DNA of 64,000 bases, taken from contig OW818657.1 in assembly GCA_942492905.1 (NCBI GenBank), positions 6,157,511-6,221,510 of the forward strand, in the 5' to 3' direction. The first letter of the stretch is position 1, and every line of letters starts with the position of its first letter. The translations under genes were made by a program, and so were the position numbers. This stretch comes from an uncultured Verrucomicrobiota bacterium (GTDB taxonomy: Bacteria > Verrucomicrobiota > Verrucomicrobiia > Verrucomicrobiales > V1-33). Below are positions 1 through 9,908 of the stretch, one piece after another. The notes beneath the pieces were generated by a model, which had not been told where the DNA came from, ran no database searches, and worked only from the letters and a program-made list of their open reading frames with translations.

Positions 1-1219
1 CCAACCCGCTGCCGGCATCCCAACGAAGCGGAAGGTTGTTTTCCGGATCCAACGGCACTTCGTCCGGATATCCAGGAACCAGATCGGTCAGGGCCGTCGG
101 CCGCTTCCCCCCATGGCCCATTGACCACAGCTTGGCGGCAATGGCTGCCCGGCAGCAGCGGCGGGCGGCTTCCTTCCCCATGACATTTTTTTCGATATGG
201 AACAAAGTTTTGAAATTAGCGCCCGCGATCACCCTCCCGGCCCGATTGGGTTCAAAGCTCCAAAGGCTCAGTTCGGATTCAGCATGCAGCCATTCCCTTA
301 CAGCTTTCACTTCCGCTCTCGCCTCGCGGCCTTCCTTGAAACCCAGCCGGGAAAGCATGTCGAAATGACGCACATTGATATTGAAACTGGCTTGGGGCTT
401 ATACCGGCTATTCGCCAACCAACCAGGCGGCTCGGCAGTTTTGAAGAATCGAATCAGTTTGGCCGGCGGCCAGGTGGAATGTTTTCGCAAGTCGGGGCAG
501 GCCGCCTTTTCCTCACGGACTTCTTCCGCCCATGCGCGCATCAAATTTTCCTTGAGCAGCGGTGGACTGTCCAACAGAGCCATACCTTGCGCCAAAACGG
601 TGCCGGAATTGCCGGATTGCGCGAGCAGCTGCATCAACGCTCGATCCAGCACCACTCTGGAACCCGTTCCCAGCATCAACGCCGCAAGAGTCCGGGACGA
701 TTCCTGATAGCGCTGGGCCGCCCTTCGTATCAAGGCCCACCATTCCAGAGCACCAGCTCCGTCCCCCGCCTGTGACAATGCCTGCGCCTTGGCCTGCACG
801 ATATTGAGCGGTACGATAAACCTTTTAAAGACGGTGGCTTCATCCGAGATCATAACGCCCTGCCAATGCGGGATTTCGAGGGCTTGTTCCGTAATTTTCC
901 GTATCGCCGGAGCGGCATCCAGCAAGGGCTGCATCAACACGGCATCCCAAGGCATCCGCCAACCGATGATTTCCGCCTGCTCCGGGGTGAGCTCAGGCCA
1001 ATCCCGCTTTTCCATTTCATTGATCAGGAAAGTCAGACCATTTTCCGCCTCGGGCACCTCAGCAAATGGGGCTGGCAAGACAAAACCGGCCGGGATCATC
1101 TCCGGCTCATCCCGGATCAACTGCACCCAGCCGAGGTAACCCAACAGCGCCAATATGCCTGTGGCGGTCAAAACTTTAATCCGCAGCGAAAGCGGTGGGG
1201 AGGCTGCATCAGGAGACAT
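1..1219 (-). CDS. Hypothetical membrane-anchored protein, truncated at the left window edge
   Basis: Not in the ORF track (no stop in window). Manual translation from ATG at 1219 (alt. 1276) stays open to base 1: MSPDAASPPLSLRIKVLTATGILALLGYLGWVQL... One N-terminal TM helix; ends ...RPTALTDLVPGYPDEVPLDPENNLPLRWD, a pseudopilin GspG-like C-terminal motif. Confidence 0.75.
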   Translation of the reverse strand, partial: MSPDAASPPLSLRIKVLTATGILALLGYLGWVQLIRDEPEMIPAGFVLPAPFAEVPEAENGLTFLINEMEKRDWPELTPEQAEIIGWRMPWDAVLMQPLLDAAPAIRKITEQALEIPHWQGVMISDEATVFKRFIVPLNIVQAKAQALSQAGDGAGALEWWALIRRAAQRYQESSRTLAALMLGTGSRVVLDRALMQLLAQSGNSGTVLAQGMALLDSPPLLKENLMRAWAEEVREEKAACPDLRKHSTWPPAKLIRFFKTAEPPGWLANSRYKPQASFNINVRHFDMLSRLGFKEGREARAEVKAVREWLHAESELSLWSFEPNRAGRVIAGANFKTLFHIEKNVMGKEAARRCCRAAIAAKLWSMGHGGKRPTALTDLVPGYPDEVPLDPENNLPLRWDAGSGL

Positions 1220-1350
1220 CGGATTGAGCTTAGGGACCAATTCGGATTTATGCCAGAGGAACCGCCCGCCCCGCATTTCCTCTTGCCCCGCCGGGCGGGC
1301 GGTTGTCCGATGCGCCTCCCGATTGACCGGGAAAATCTTATCAGGCAGAC

Positions 1351-2577
1351 ATGGCCACTATCGTTCAAAAATTTGGCGGCACCTCAGTAGGGAACCCAGA
1401 GCGGATCCGCCGGGTGGCTCAACGGGTGCTGGAAACCCAGCGGGAAGGGAACCGGGTGGTGGTGGTGGTTTCCGCGATGAGCGGGGTGACCGATGGCCTG
1501 TTGAAACTGGCCCGCGAGGTCTCCGACGAGCCTACCGAGCGGGAAATGGATGTGCTGCTGGCGACCGGGGAACAGACCACCATCGCCCTGACCGCGATGG
1601 CGATCAATGCCCTCGGCGGCAAGGCGGCTTCCCTCACCGGCGCCCAGGCCGGCATCGTCACCGATGGCGTCCACACCAAGGCACGCATCAGCACCATCAC
1701 TCCGGACGGGGTCAATCGTCTCCTTGATGAAGGCCATGTCGTGATCGTGGCCGGCTTCCAGGGCGAAGCGGCCGATGGACGCATCACCACCCTGGGCCGC
1801 GGCGGCAGCGACTTGACCGCCATCGCCATGGCGGCGGCCATCAAGGCGGATCTGTGTCAGATTTATACTGACGTGGACGGCGTTTACACCTGCGACCCGC
1901 GGATTGTGCCGGATGCCCGGAAAATCCCGGTCATCAGCTACGAGGAGATGCTGGAGATGGCCAGCAGCGGCAGCAAAGTGATGCAGAGCCGGAGCGTGGA
2001 ATTTGCCAGTAAATTCGGGGTCCCGTTTGAAGTGCGGAACAGCATGAACCAAAACCCCGGCACCCTTGTTACCCAGGAAACCATGAATATGGAATCAGTT
2101 GTCATCCGCGGGATCAGTCTGGAACGCGACCAGGCCAAGATCACCATCACGTCCCTCCCTGATCAGCCCGGTTATGCCGCGCGCGTCTTCGACACCATCG
2201 GGAAAACGGACATCAATATCGACATGATCATCCAGAACACGGGGCGCGACGGACTCGCCCGGATCTCGTTCACCCTGCATAAGAGCAATCTCAAAAAGGC
2301 CTGCGACGCCCTCGCCCCGGTGCTGGCGGACATCAGCCCCGGCATCGAACTGGAACCGAAGGACGGAATCGCCAAGGTGAGCGCGGTCGGGATCGGGATG
2401 CGCAGCCACAGCGGGGTGGCGGCCACCATGTTCAATGCGCTGGGCGCGGCGGGCATCAATATCGACATGATTTCCACCTCCGAGATCAAGATCGCGGTGA
2501 TCGTGGATGAAAAACAGGGCGAGGAAGCCTGCCGGGTGGCACATCAGGCCTTTAAATTACACGAAGCCGTGGTATGA
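1351..2577 (+). CDS. lysC: Aspartate kinase
   Basis: VQKFGGTSV, VVVVSAM, TLGRGGSDLTA, IYTDVDGVYTCDPR, two C-terminal ACT domains. Confidence 0.97.
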   Translation: MATIVQKFGGTSVGNPERIRRVAQRVLETQREGNRVVVVVSAMSGVTDGLLKLAREVSDEPTEREMDVLLATGEQTTIALTAMAINALGGKAASLTGAQAGIVTDGVHTKARISTITPDGVNRLLDEGHVVIVAGFQGEAADGRITTLGRGGSDLTAIAMAAAIKADLCQIYTDVDGVYTCDPRIVPDARKIPVISYEEMLEMASSGSKVMQSRSVEFASKFGVPFEVRNSMNQNPGTLVTQETMNMESVVIRGISLERDQAKITITSLPDQPGYAARVFDTIGKTDINIDMIIQNTGRDGLARISFTLHKSNLKKACDALAPVLADISPGIELEPKDGIAKVSAVGIGMRSHSGVAATMFNALGAAGINIDMISTSEIKIAVIVDEKQGEEACRVAHQAFKLHEAVV

Positions 2578-2596
2578 GTCCCGGCGTTAGACCTGA

Positions 2597-3652
2597 ATGC
2601 GGATGATCCGCTTTCCGTCCGAAGCCGATATGATCCCCCGCCTCCCTGCCCTGCTCACGTCTACCCTCCTCCTGCTGGCCGCCCCGCTGCTCAGCGCCCA
2701 GGATTCCCCACCGCCCCGCGCGGTGCCCCTCGACCTCGCCGACAAGGAGGGGAATTACGCCCCGCTTCCCCCAAAAACGGACCTTGATGCCAATCTGCGC
2801 ATCCAGATCTATCTGGATGAAAACAATTTCGGGCCAGGTTACCTGGACGGGAAAATCGGGGAATTCGGCAAAAAAGCGGCCTCGGTTTACAATCAGATCA
2901 ACGGAATCCCGGTCGGAAACTACCATCCCCTGATCGAGGCCTCCCAAAAACGGGTGCCCGAGCCTTACACCACCTACACGATCAAGGAGGAGGACCTGAA
3001 ATTTATCACCGCCAACCTGCCCTCGAACCCGCCGGAGCAGGCGAAAACCAAATATCTGGGTTACCGCAATCTCCTCGAATTCACCGCCGAACGGTTTCAC
3101 ACCAGCGATGAATTCCTCCAGCAGATCAACGGCAAGAACCTCTACGGCCTGGCCCCGGGCAGCGTGGTGAAGGTGCCGAACATCTCCCCCTTTGAACTCG
3201 AAAACTGGGCCAAACACGTCAAATTCAAGCCCGAAGGACCGCAGGCCAGCCACTCGGTGGTGGTGGACATCCGGGCGCGGGTGGCCATCTTTTTCGACGA
3301 CCAGAACCGGCCCATCGCCAGCTTTCCCATCACCCCAGGCCGGCCCAAATTCATCCAGTTCGGCGAATGGAAGGTGACCAACATGGTCAGCACCCCGACC
3401 TTCCGCTGGGACAAGTCCATGCTGGAGGAGGGCAAGCGCAGCGACAGCTTCTACGAACTGCCGCTCGGACCGAATAATCCCGTGGGCATCATGTGGTGCG
3501 GCACCAGCCGCAGTGGCATTGGCCTGCACGGCACTCCGACCCCGCATACCATTGGCCGTGCGGAAAGCCACGGCTGCATCCGCCTCGCCAACTGGGATGC
3601 GGTGCGCCTCCCTGGCCTGCTCCGCCCCGGCTCCCGCGTCATCATCCGGTAG
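2597..3652 (+). CDS. L,D-transpeptidase (YkuD family) with peptidoglycan-binding/LysM-like region
   Basis: Signal peptide; IGLHGT...SHGCIRLANWD catalytic motif; GPNNPVG. Confidence 0.9.
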   Translation: MRMIRFPSEADMIPRLPALLTSTLLLLAAPLLSAQDSPPPRAVPLDLADKEGNYAPLPPKTDLDANLRIQIYLDENNFGPGYLDGKIGEFGKKAASVYNQINGIPVGNYHPLIEASQKRVPEPYTTYTIKEEDLKFITANLPSNPPEQAKTKYLGYRNLLEFTAERFHTSDEFLQQINGKNLYGLAPGSVVKVPNISPFELENWAKHVKFKPEGPQASHSVVVDIRARVAIFFDDQNRPIASFPITPGRPKFIQFGEWKVTNMVSTPTFRWDKSMLEEGKRSDSFYELPLGPNNPVGIMWCGTSRSGIGLHGTPTPHTIGRAESHGCIRLANWDAVRLPGLLRPGSRVIIR

Positions 3653-3744
3653 TGTCTGCACCAGGCATTTCCCCATCCGCTTCTGCCTTGCTTAAGTGAG
3701 GAAGGAAATCTATTTTCCCGGGTCTGTCCTCCGTTCCCTATCCG

Positions 3745-4758
3745 ATGAAAATCGTCTTCAATCTCCTCATCATTGCCCTCGCCGTTGCGGCGGGCTGGTA
3801 TTTCCAACCGGGAATCGTGACCTCCATGGACGCCAGCAAGGCGAATACGCAAAAGAAACGCAGCGATGAAATTGCGGCCGCCGTGAAACAAGCCACCGGA
3901 GCCACCCTGCCGGACGGCACCACCGCCAAAGAATCCGCCGCGGCCAGTTCCGCCCGGCAATTGGCGGAATCCATGCGCAAGGGTGCTCCTTCCCCTACCA
4001 CCCCCGCCCCTGAACTCCCCGGCGGCACCTCCACCACCCCACCCGCCGGGACGCCTGTCCCGGAAACCCCCGTGGTGGCCCAGGTGGACGAAATTGACGC
4101 CAAATACCCCCTGCCGACCTTCAAAGAGATTGAAGAGATCACCAAAGAGTGGTCGACGATTCCCAGCCGCGCCTTTCCCCGCACCGTCAAGACCCTCGTC
4201 GCCATCAACCTCGAAGGCCCCAATGGGAAAATTTCCCTCCCGGAAAAATCCGAAGCCCTCGCCATCGGCATGACCAGGGGGATGCTCTCTCTGATGAAGA
4301 GCCGGGAAGACCCTGCCCGCGGTCTGGTCCCGCTCGCCAACACCGATCTCAAGGAAACGATGACGGCGCTCTACGAAAAGTACAAGGCCTACAAAACCGA
4401 ACTGGTCATGAAACAACGGGCCCGGGCCCGCGGCCTCAAAGCCCGCGCCAATGGTGCCACCGATGCCGAGTTGGCCGCCGCCGGTCCCAAACCGAAGGTC
4501 GAATCCGGCGGCATCGTCACCGCCATGGTCGAAAGTCTGCGCTTCAAACAAATTAAAGAGACCACCGAGGACCGCATCACCGCCTGGGGCGACCTCAACA
4601 TTGAGCAATTTGAAGGCACCAGCTACTGGACCGGCACCATCCAATGCACCGTGGACAACCCCATCTTCGGCCCTACCCCCACCGAACTCATGGCCTTGAT
4701 CCGGGACGATAAAGTCGTGAAATGGCTGTATTCCGGCTCGAAAGAGGAAGTGCAGTAG
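3745..4758 (+). CDS. Hypothetical exported protein with Pro/Thr/Ala-rich linker
   Basis: 337-aa ORF with host-like codon usage and N-terminal hydrophobic helix. Confidence 0.75.
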   Translation: MKIVFNLLIIALAVAAGWYFQPGIVTSMDASKANTQKKRSDEIAAAVKQATGATLPDGTTAKESAAASSARQLAESMRKGAPSPTTPAPELPGGTSTTPPAGTPVPETPVVAQVDEIDAKYPLPTFKEIEEITKEWSTIPSRAFPRTVKTLVAINLEGPNGKISLPEKSEALAIGMTRGMLSLMKSREDPARGLVPLANTDLKETMTALYEKYKAYKTELVMKQRARARGLKARANGATDAELAAAGPKPKVESGGIVTAMVESLRFKQIKETTEDRITAWGDLNIEQFEGTSYWTGTIQCTVDNPIFGPTPTELMALIRDDKVVKWLYSGSKEEVQ

Positions 4759-4860
4759 TCCCTCCTTCCTCCTGCGGCGTTTCTCCCGCGCCATTCCCCG
4801 GCAAAGATGGTGCTCGACATTTGTTTAATTTATCTTAAGTTTCCGTAGTTTTCCATCCTT

Positions 4861-5385
4861 ATGCTCAAGGCCCTTTTCTTCTCCGTGCTCGCCGTCGGAC
4901 TCACCGCCGCCTACCTGCTCACCACCAGCCACGCCGAACCCCTCCCCGCTGGAGCCAAAGCCCCGACGGATGCCGTCCTGGATCAGGACGGTAAACCCTT
5001 CGACCTCGCCGCCGCCTACAAAAAAGGCCTCACCCTGGTGTATTTCTACCCGAAGGCCGACACCCCCGGTTGCACCAAACAAGCCTGCAGCCTGCGCGAC
5101 GAAAATGCTGAAATCACCAAGGCCGGCATCCAGATCATTGGGGTGAGCATGGACAAACCGGAGGCCCAAAAGGCCTTCAAAGAAAAATACAAACTCCCCT
5201 TCACCCTCCTCGCCGACCACGACGGCAAAATCGTCGCCGGCTTCGGGGTGCCCACCATGCGCATCGGCTTCAGCAAACGCCAGTCCTTTCTCGTCAAAGA
5301 CGGACTCATCGTCTGGACCGATCCCGAAGTGAACCCCGCCACCCACACCGCCAAGGTGCTGGAAGCGGCCGCGAAACTGAAATAA
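4861..5385 (+). CDS. bcp: Peroxiredoxin, Bcp/PrxQ family, with signal peptide
   Basis: YFYPKADTPGCTKQAC motif. Confidence 0.9.
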   Translation: MLKALFFSVLAVGLTAAYLLTTSHAEPLPAGAKAPTDAVLDQDGKPFDLAAAYKKGLTLVYFYPKADTPGCTKQACSLRDENAEITKAGIQIIGVSMDKPEAQKAFKEKYKLPFTLLADHDGKIVAGFGVPTMRIGFSKRQSFLVKDGLIVWTDPEVNPATHTAKVLEAAAKLK

Positions 5386-5436
5386 CTGTGCTGATGGACG
5401 AGGCTCCCGCCGGGTTTCCCACAAGTTCCTTTCCCC

Positions 5437-5469
5437 AAAAAGCCCCGCCCATCCCGGCGGGGCTTTTTT
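5437..5469. terminator. Intrinsic terminator, potentially bidirectional
   Basis: AAAAAGCCCCGCC-catccc-GGCGGGGCTTTTTT. Confidence 0.85.
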
Positions 5470-5572
5470 GTGGCTCAGACCTTCCCCTCTTTTCCCCCGG
5501 GCCAGCCACGCCCGCCGCTAAATCGCGGAAAATCCCCGTTCCCTTCCCAATGATCCCGTCCATGGAAGAGGC

Positions 5573-6004
5573 ATGTCCTTCCTCATCGTGGACGGCCACA
5601 GCATGATCTTCGCCTGGCCGGACCTCCGCGCCCTCCACCAGCGCCACCAAATGCAGGCCCGCGAGCGTCTCTGCCAACTCCTCCGGCTCTGGCAGGACCA
5701 CTCCGGCGAACGGGTCGTGGTGGTCTTCGATGGCAAAGGCCCAAAAATCACCAGTGGCCGCACCAACGAGGACGACATCCAAATCATTTACGCCCCATCC
5801 TCCGAGACCGCCGACACCGTCATTGAGCGCCTCACCGCCCGCTACGCCGCGGATCATCACCTCACCATCGCCAGCGACGACCGCCTCGTCCAAACCACCA
5901 TCTCGGTCAGCGGCGGTTACTGGATCACCTCCGTGGAACTCGCCGCCCGCCTCCAGCAGGCCGAAACGGAATTGCAACGTCTCCTCAAAAAACTGCGCAC
6001 CTGA
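5573..6004 (+). CDS. NYN-domain (YacP/Rae1-like) ribonuclease
   Basis: LIVDGHSM, VVVVFDG, TADTVIERL, IASDDRLV acidic motifs. Confidence 0.85.
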   Translation: MSFLIVDGHSMIFAWPDLRALHQRHQMQARERLCQLLRLWQDHSGERVVVVFDGKGPKITSGRTNEDDIQIIYAPSSETADTVIERLTARYAADHHLTIASDDRLVQTTISVSGGYWITSVELAARLQQAETELQRLLKKLRT

Positions 6005-6128
6005 AACGGTTCCCCTTCCCGTAAAAATCCGGACTCCCCGCGAAATCCGTGGTTTCCCCCACCCGGACCCCACTCTAAAATACGCGCTCCCAATTTCCCG
6101 CCACTTTCCCCTAGCACGTCCCAAGCCC

Positions 6129-9125
6129 ATGCTCTCCGCCGCCCAGATCCGCCAGTCCTTCCTCGATTTCTTCAAGTCCAAGCAGCACACCATCGTGCCC
6201 TCGGCCAGCCTGATGCCGGACAGCCCGAACCTGCTCTTCACCAACGCGGGGATGAACCAGTTCGTGCCCATCTTCCTCGGCCAGATCGAGTGCCCCTACA
6301 AACCCGGCCGCGCCGCTGATACCCAAAAGTGCATCCGCGCCGGCGGCAAACACAACGATCTGGATGATGTCGGTCTCGACACCTATCACCACACCTTTTT
6401 CGAAATGCTGGGGAACTGGTCCTTCGGCGACTACTTCAAAAAGGAAGCCATCGCCTGGTCTTGGGAGCTCATCATCGACGTCTGGAAATTCCCCGCCGAA
6501 CGCGTTTACGCCACCATCTACCAGCCGGACAAATCCCTCGGCGACCCCGCCGAACGCGACCAGGAAGCCTGGGACCTCTGGGCCGAAAAATTCCGCGGCG
6601 CCGGCCTGGATCCTGACATCCACATCGTCAACGGGAACAAAAAAGACAACTTCTGGATGATGGGCGAAACCGGCCCCTGCGGCCCCTGCACCGAAATCCA
6701 CATCGATCTCACCCCCGGCCCGGTGCGCACCAGCGTCGAGCGACAGAAAGAAGGCGCCCTGCTCGTCAACGGCCCCGACGCCCGCTGCATCGAAATCTGG
6801 AATAACGTCTTCATCCAATACAACGCCAACCCCGACGGCAGCTTCGTCCCCCTCCCCGCCCAGCACGTCGATACCGGCATGGGCTTCGAGCGCGTCGTCT
6901 CCATCATCCACGGCACCCAGAACTTCACCACCTTCGAGCACTCCAATAAAATCTCGAACTACGACACCGACGTCTTCCGCCCGCTCTTCGACGAAATCGA
7001 AAAACTCAGCGGCAAAAAATACCTCAGCACCCTCCCCGCCGCCGGCAGCACCGGCGAGACCGAGCAGGAAAAAATCGACATCGCCTTCCGCGTCATCGCC
7101 GACCACATCCGCACCCTCAGTTTTTCCATCGCCGACGGCATCACCCCCGGCAACAACGACCGCAACTACGTCCTGAGAAGAATTCTCCGCCGCGCCGTCA
7201 AATACGGCCGCACCCTCGGCTTCACCGAGCCCTTCTTCTACAAACTCACCGACACCCTCGCCTCCCACATGGGCGAAGTCTTCCCCGAACTCCGCGCCCG
7301 CAAAGAGTTCATCAAACAGACCCTCAAAACCGAGGAGGAGGCGTTTAACCGGACTTTGGATAAGGGGATCGCGTTGTTTGAAACTGAAGCTAAAACCATC
7401 GAAGTTATCCTGAAACACTTTGAGCAGACTTCCGGGATTGATGAACGTAAAATGTCCCCAGGTGAGCATGAGGTGGACTTCTTTACCGAGTATCAAACTG
7501 ACCGATTCAAAGCCGATCCGGCCATCTCAATAGCTGTCCTTCAACTCATTTCCGAGGCTCTTGGGGATGCATCTTTGATCGAAAAGCTCACAGGTAAACC
7601 AGAAGAAATAGCCAGACAGTATGCCGAAATCATTCTCTACCCGAATAGATACGGCATCGTAAAAAACAAGCTCAAAGCACTCACTGCTTCCATCAGCGGA
7701 AATTTCGCTTTCCGTCTCTATGACGAACAAGGCTTCCCCCTCGACCTCACCGAACTCATGGCCCGCGAGCGCGGCCTGACGGTGGACAAGGAAGGCTTCG
7801 AAGTCCTGATGAACCAGCAGCGCGAGCGCGCCCGCGCCGCCCAGAAAAAATCCGTCATCAAACTCTCCGAAATCGAAACCAAGGAACCCACCACCTTCCT
7901 CGGTTACGACGCCGAAGAGACCGAATCCAAGGTCCTCGAAGTGGTCACCGTCGGCGACAAAACCGCGGTCATCCTGGATGCCACGCCTTGTTATGCGGAA
8001 ATGGGCGGACAGCTGGGCGATACCGGCACCCTGCTCGCCGGAGCGGAAGTATTGTCCATCGCCAACACGCAGAAATCAGGGAACACCTTCCTGCATTACC
8101 TCGCCTCGGATGACGTCACCCTGACGCCCGGAGCCGCCGTCACGGTGCGCATTGATGAAGCCCGCCGCGACGCCATTTCCCGCCACCACAGCGTGACGCA
8201 CCTCCTGCACTGGGCCCTGCACGAAGTGGTTAGCCACGATGCCACCCAGAAAGGTTCCTACGTCGGCCCGGAGAAGCTGACATTCGACTTCAACAGCGCC
8301 GCCCTCAGCCCGCAGCAGGTCGCCGACATCGAAAAACTGGTCAACGAACGCATCGTCGAAAACGCCCCGGTTTCCTGGTCCGAGGTGAAATATACCGACG
8401 TGAAATCCCGCCCGGAAATCATGCAGGCCTTCGGCGAAAAATACGGCGACACCGTCCGCGTCGTCCAGATCGGCGGCAACCCTAACGCCCTCGATGGCTA
8501 CAGCATGGAACTCTGCGGCGGCACCCACATCCGCCGCACCGGCCAGATCGGGCTTTTCAAAATCCTCAGCGAAGCCGCCACCGGAGCCGGCATCCGCCGC
8601 ATTGAAGCCGTCGCCGGTCTCCCCGCCTACGAGCAGGCCGCCGCCGATGCCACCCGCCTCAAACAACTCGCGGGCAAAATCGGCGCGCCCCTGCCGGACC
8701 TCGAAAAGAAAATCGACCTCCTCCTCGAGCAAACCAAGTCCCTCGAAAAAGCATTAAAGTCAGCCCAGCAGCGCGAAGCCGCTGGCCGCGCCAAGGAACT
8801 TCTCCCTAACGCCGAAGGCCCGGTCCTCATCGCCAACCTTGGCGACGTGGACGGCGACTACGCCATGGCCGTGAGCGACGCCCTGAAGTCCCTCTTCAAC
8901 GGCATCGTCGTCCTCGGCACCACCGGCGGCGGCAACGTCGCCCTCATCGCCACCGTGAGTAAAGACCACCAGGCCAAAATCCAAGCCGGTAAAATCATCC
9001 AAACCATCGCCCCCCACGTCGGAGGCAAAGGCGGCGGCAAACCCGACTTCGCCCGCGGCGGCGGCAAGGAAGTCAGCGGCTTGGATGCGGCCCTGGCCGA
9101 AGCCAGACGGCTGGCGGCTGGGTGA
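6129..9125 (+). CDS. alaS: Alanine--tRNA ligase with an internal ~93-aa insertion
   Basis: LLFTNAGMNQF, HHTFFEMLGNWSFGDYFK, DTGMGFER, HSVTHLLH, ELCGGTH, GGKGGG. Start at ATG 6129 (MLSAAQIRQSFLDFF); the track's 5730 start is an upstream extension. Confidence 0.98.
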   Translation: MLSAAQIRQSFLDFFKSKQHTIVPSASLMPDSPNLLFTNAGMNQFVPIFLGQIECPYKPGRAADTQKCIRAGGKHNDLDDVGLDTYHHTFFEMLGNWSFGDYFKKEAIAWSWELIIDVWKFPAERVYATIYQPDKSLGDPAERDQEAWDLWAEKFRGAGLDPDIHIVNGNKKDNFWMMGETGPCGPCTEIHIDLTPGPVRTSVERQKEGALLVNGPDARCIEIWNNVFIQYNANPDGSFVPLPAQHVDTGMGFERVVSIIHGTQNFTTFEHSNKISNYDTDVFRPLFDEIEKLSGKKYLSTLPAAGSTGETEQEKIDIAFRVIADHIRTLSFSIADGITPGNNDRNYVLRRILRRAVKYGRTLGFTEPFFYKLTDTLASHMGEVFPELRARKEFIKQTLKTEEEAFNRTLDKGIALFETEAKTIEVILKHFEQTSGIDERKMSPGEHEVDFFTEYQTDRFKADPAISIAVLQLISEALGDASLIEKLTGKPEEIARQYAEIILYPNRYGIVKNKLKALTASISGNFAFRLYDEQGFPLDLTELMARERGLTVDKEGFEVLMNQQRERARAAQKKSVIKLSEIETKEPTTFLGYDAEETESKVLEVVTVGDKTAVILDATPCYAEMGGQLGDTGTLLAGAEVLSIANTQKSGNTFLHYLASDDVTLTPGAAVTVRIDEARRDAISRHHSVTHLLHWALHEVVSHDATQKGSYVGPEKLTFDFNSAALSPQQVADIEKLVNERIVENAPVSWSEVKYTDVKSRPEIMQAFGEKYGDTVRVVQIGGNPNALDGYSMELCGGTHIRRTGQIGLFKILSEAATGAGIRRIEAVAGLPAYEQAAADATRLKQLAGKIGAPLPDLEKKIDLLLEQTKSLEKALKSAQQREAAGRAKELLPNAEGPVLIANLGDVDGDYAMAVSDALKSLFNGIVVLGTTGGGNVALIATVSKDHQAKIQAGKIIQTIAPHVGGKGGGKPDFARGGGKEVSGLDAALAEARRLAAG

Positions 9126-9142
9126 CTTATTGACTCCCCCTG

Positions 9143-9502
9143 TCATCCTCTCTCATCTTTCTTCCTCTCCGCGTATTTTGGTAGAAGCTGACGGTCGGTT
9201 GAAATTTTCGCCCGGTTCCGCAAATCCTCCTCAACTTTCGCGGCCACCACGCCCCGGATCATGATGAAACCGCATTTCGGACAAAACCATCCGGACCGTT
9301 TATCAAACCCCATCGATTCCCTGCTCCATCTGGAATCCCCACGTGCTGTGAAAAAGAGGTCCGGCCAAGCCAGACCATCGATCACGAGGCTGGACACCGA
9401 TTGACCCACTGAAAAATCACCCGCTTTGGTGGCCGCCCCGCAATCTGGACAGACAGGGGTTTCGCCAAGGTGCACACGGTTTAGCTTTTCCGAGTCTGAC
9501 AT
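9143..9502 (-). CDS. Small zinc-ribbon protein (two CxxC motifs)
   Basis: ATG 9502, MSDSEKLNR...CPDCG...CPKCG; lower GC than flanking genes. Confidence 0.6.
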   Translation of the reverse strand: MSDSEKLNRVHLGETPVCPDCGAATKAGDFSVGQSVSSLVIDGLAWPDLFFTARGDSRWSRESMGFDKRSGWFCPKCGFIMIRGVVAAKVEEDLRNRAKISTDRQLLPKYAERKKDERG

Positions 9503-9618
9503 AAGTCCGGCATTATCTTCGACCTGGCACTGAGCGCATCTACATTTTCTGAACCTATTTGCACGATAACGCCGAATGCCCAAACAATCATCATCGCAAA
9601 GCCCAATAGAAAGCGAAT

Positions 9619-9647
9619 TTGACGCGACGCACAAATATGCGCATATT
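9619..9647 (+). promoter_or_regulatory. Sigma70-like promoter with operator palindrome for the TA operon
   Basis: TTGACG (9619-9624), 17 nt, CATATT (9642-9647); perfect 14-bp palindrome AATATGCGCATATT (9634-9647) overlaps the -10. Confidence 0.6.
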
Positions 9648-9653
9648 CGCTTC

Positions 9654-9908
9654 ATGCGCACGACGATTGATCTTCCTGAGCCACTCTTCCACCGGGCGAA
9701 GCTTCTTGCGGTGCAGCGACGAGTGACACTTAAAAAGCTCATCACGGAGGTGCTGGAAACAGCATTCCATGAGCCTGTTCCTGTCTCCCGCCGCATGACC
9801 TCGCCTCCGGTTCCGTTTGAGGCTACCGGTCCGCTGCCTGCCCTGTCCAACCGGCAGATCGCTGAACTCTTTGAGGAGGAAGACCTCCGCAAAGCCGGTA
9901 TCCCATGA
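9654..9908 (+). CDS. vapB: Antitoxin, ribbon-helix-helix/CopG-like (VapB)
   Basis: MRTTIDLPEPLFHRAKLLAVQRRVTLKKLI; stop overlaps the toxin start (ATGA). Confidence 0.8.
   Translation: MRTTIDLPEPLFHRAKLLAVQRRVTLKKLITEVLETAFHEPVPVSRRMTSPPVPFEATGPLPALSNRQIAELFEEEDLRKAGIP

Noticed and set aside
5730-6128. Extended alaS N-terminus from the ORF track
   Set aside because: It overlaps the NYN gene out of frame and is low-complexity; the conserved AlaRS start is at 6129.
7383-7691. alaS insert as an intein or self-splicing intron
   Set aside because: No N-terminal Cys/Ser block, no His-Asn/Cys junction, no endonuclease motif; the frame is continuous.
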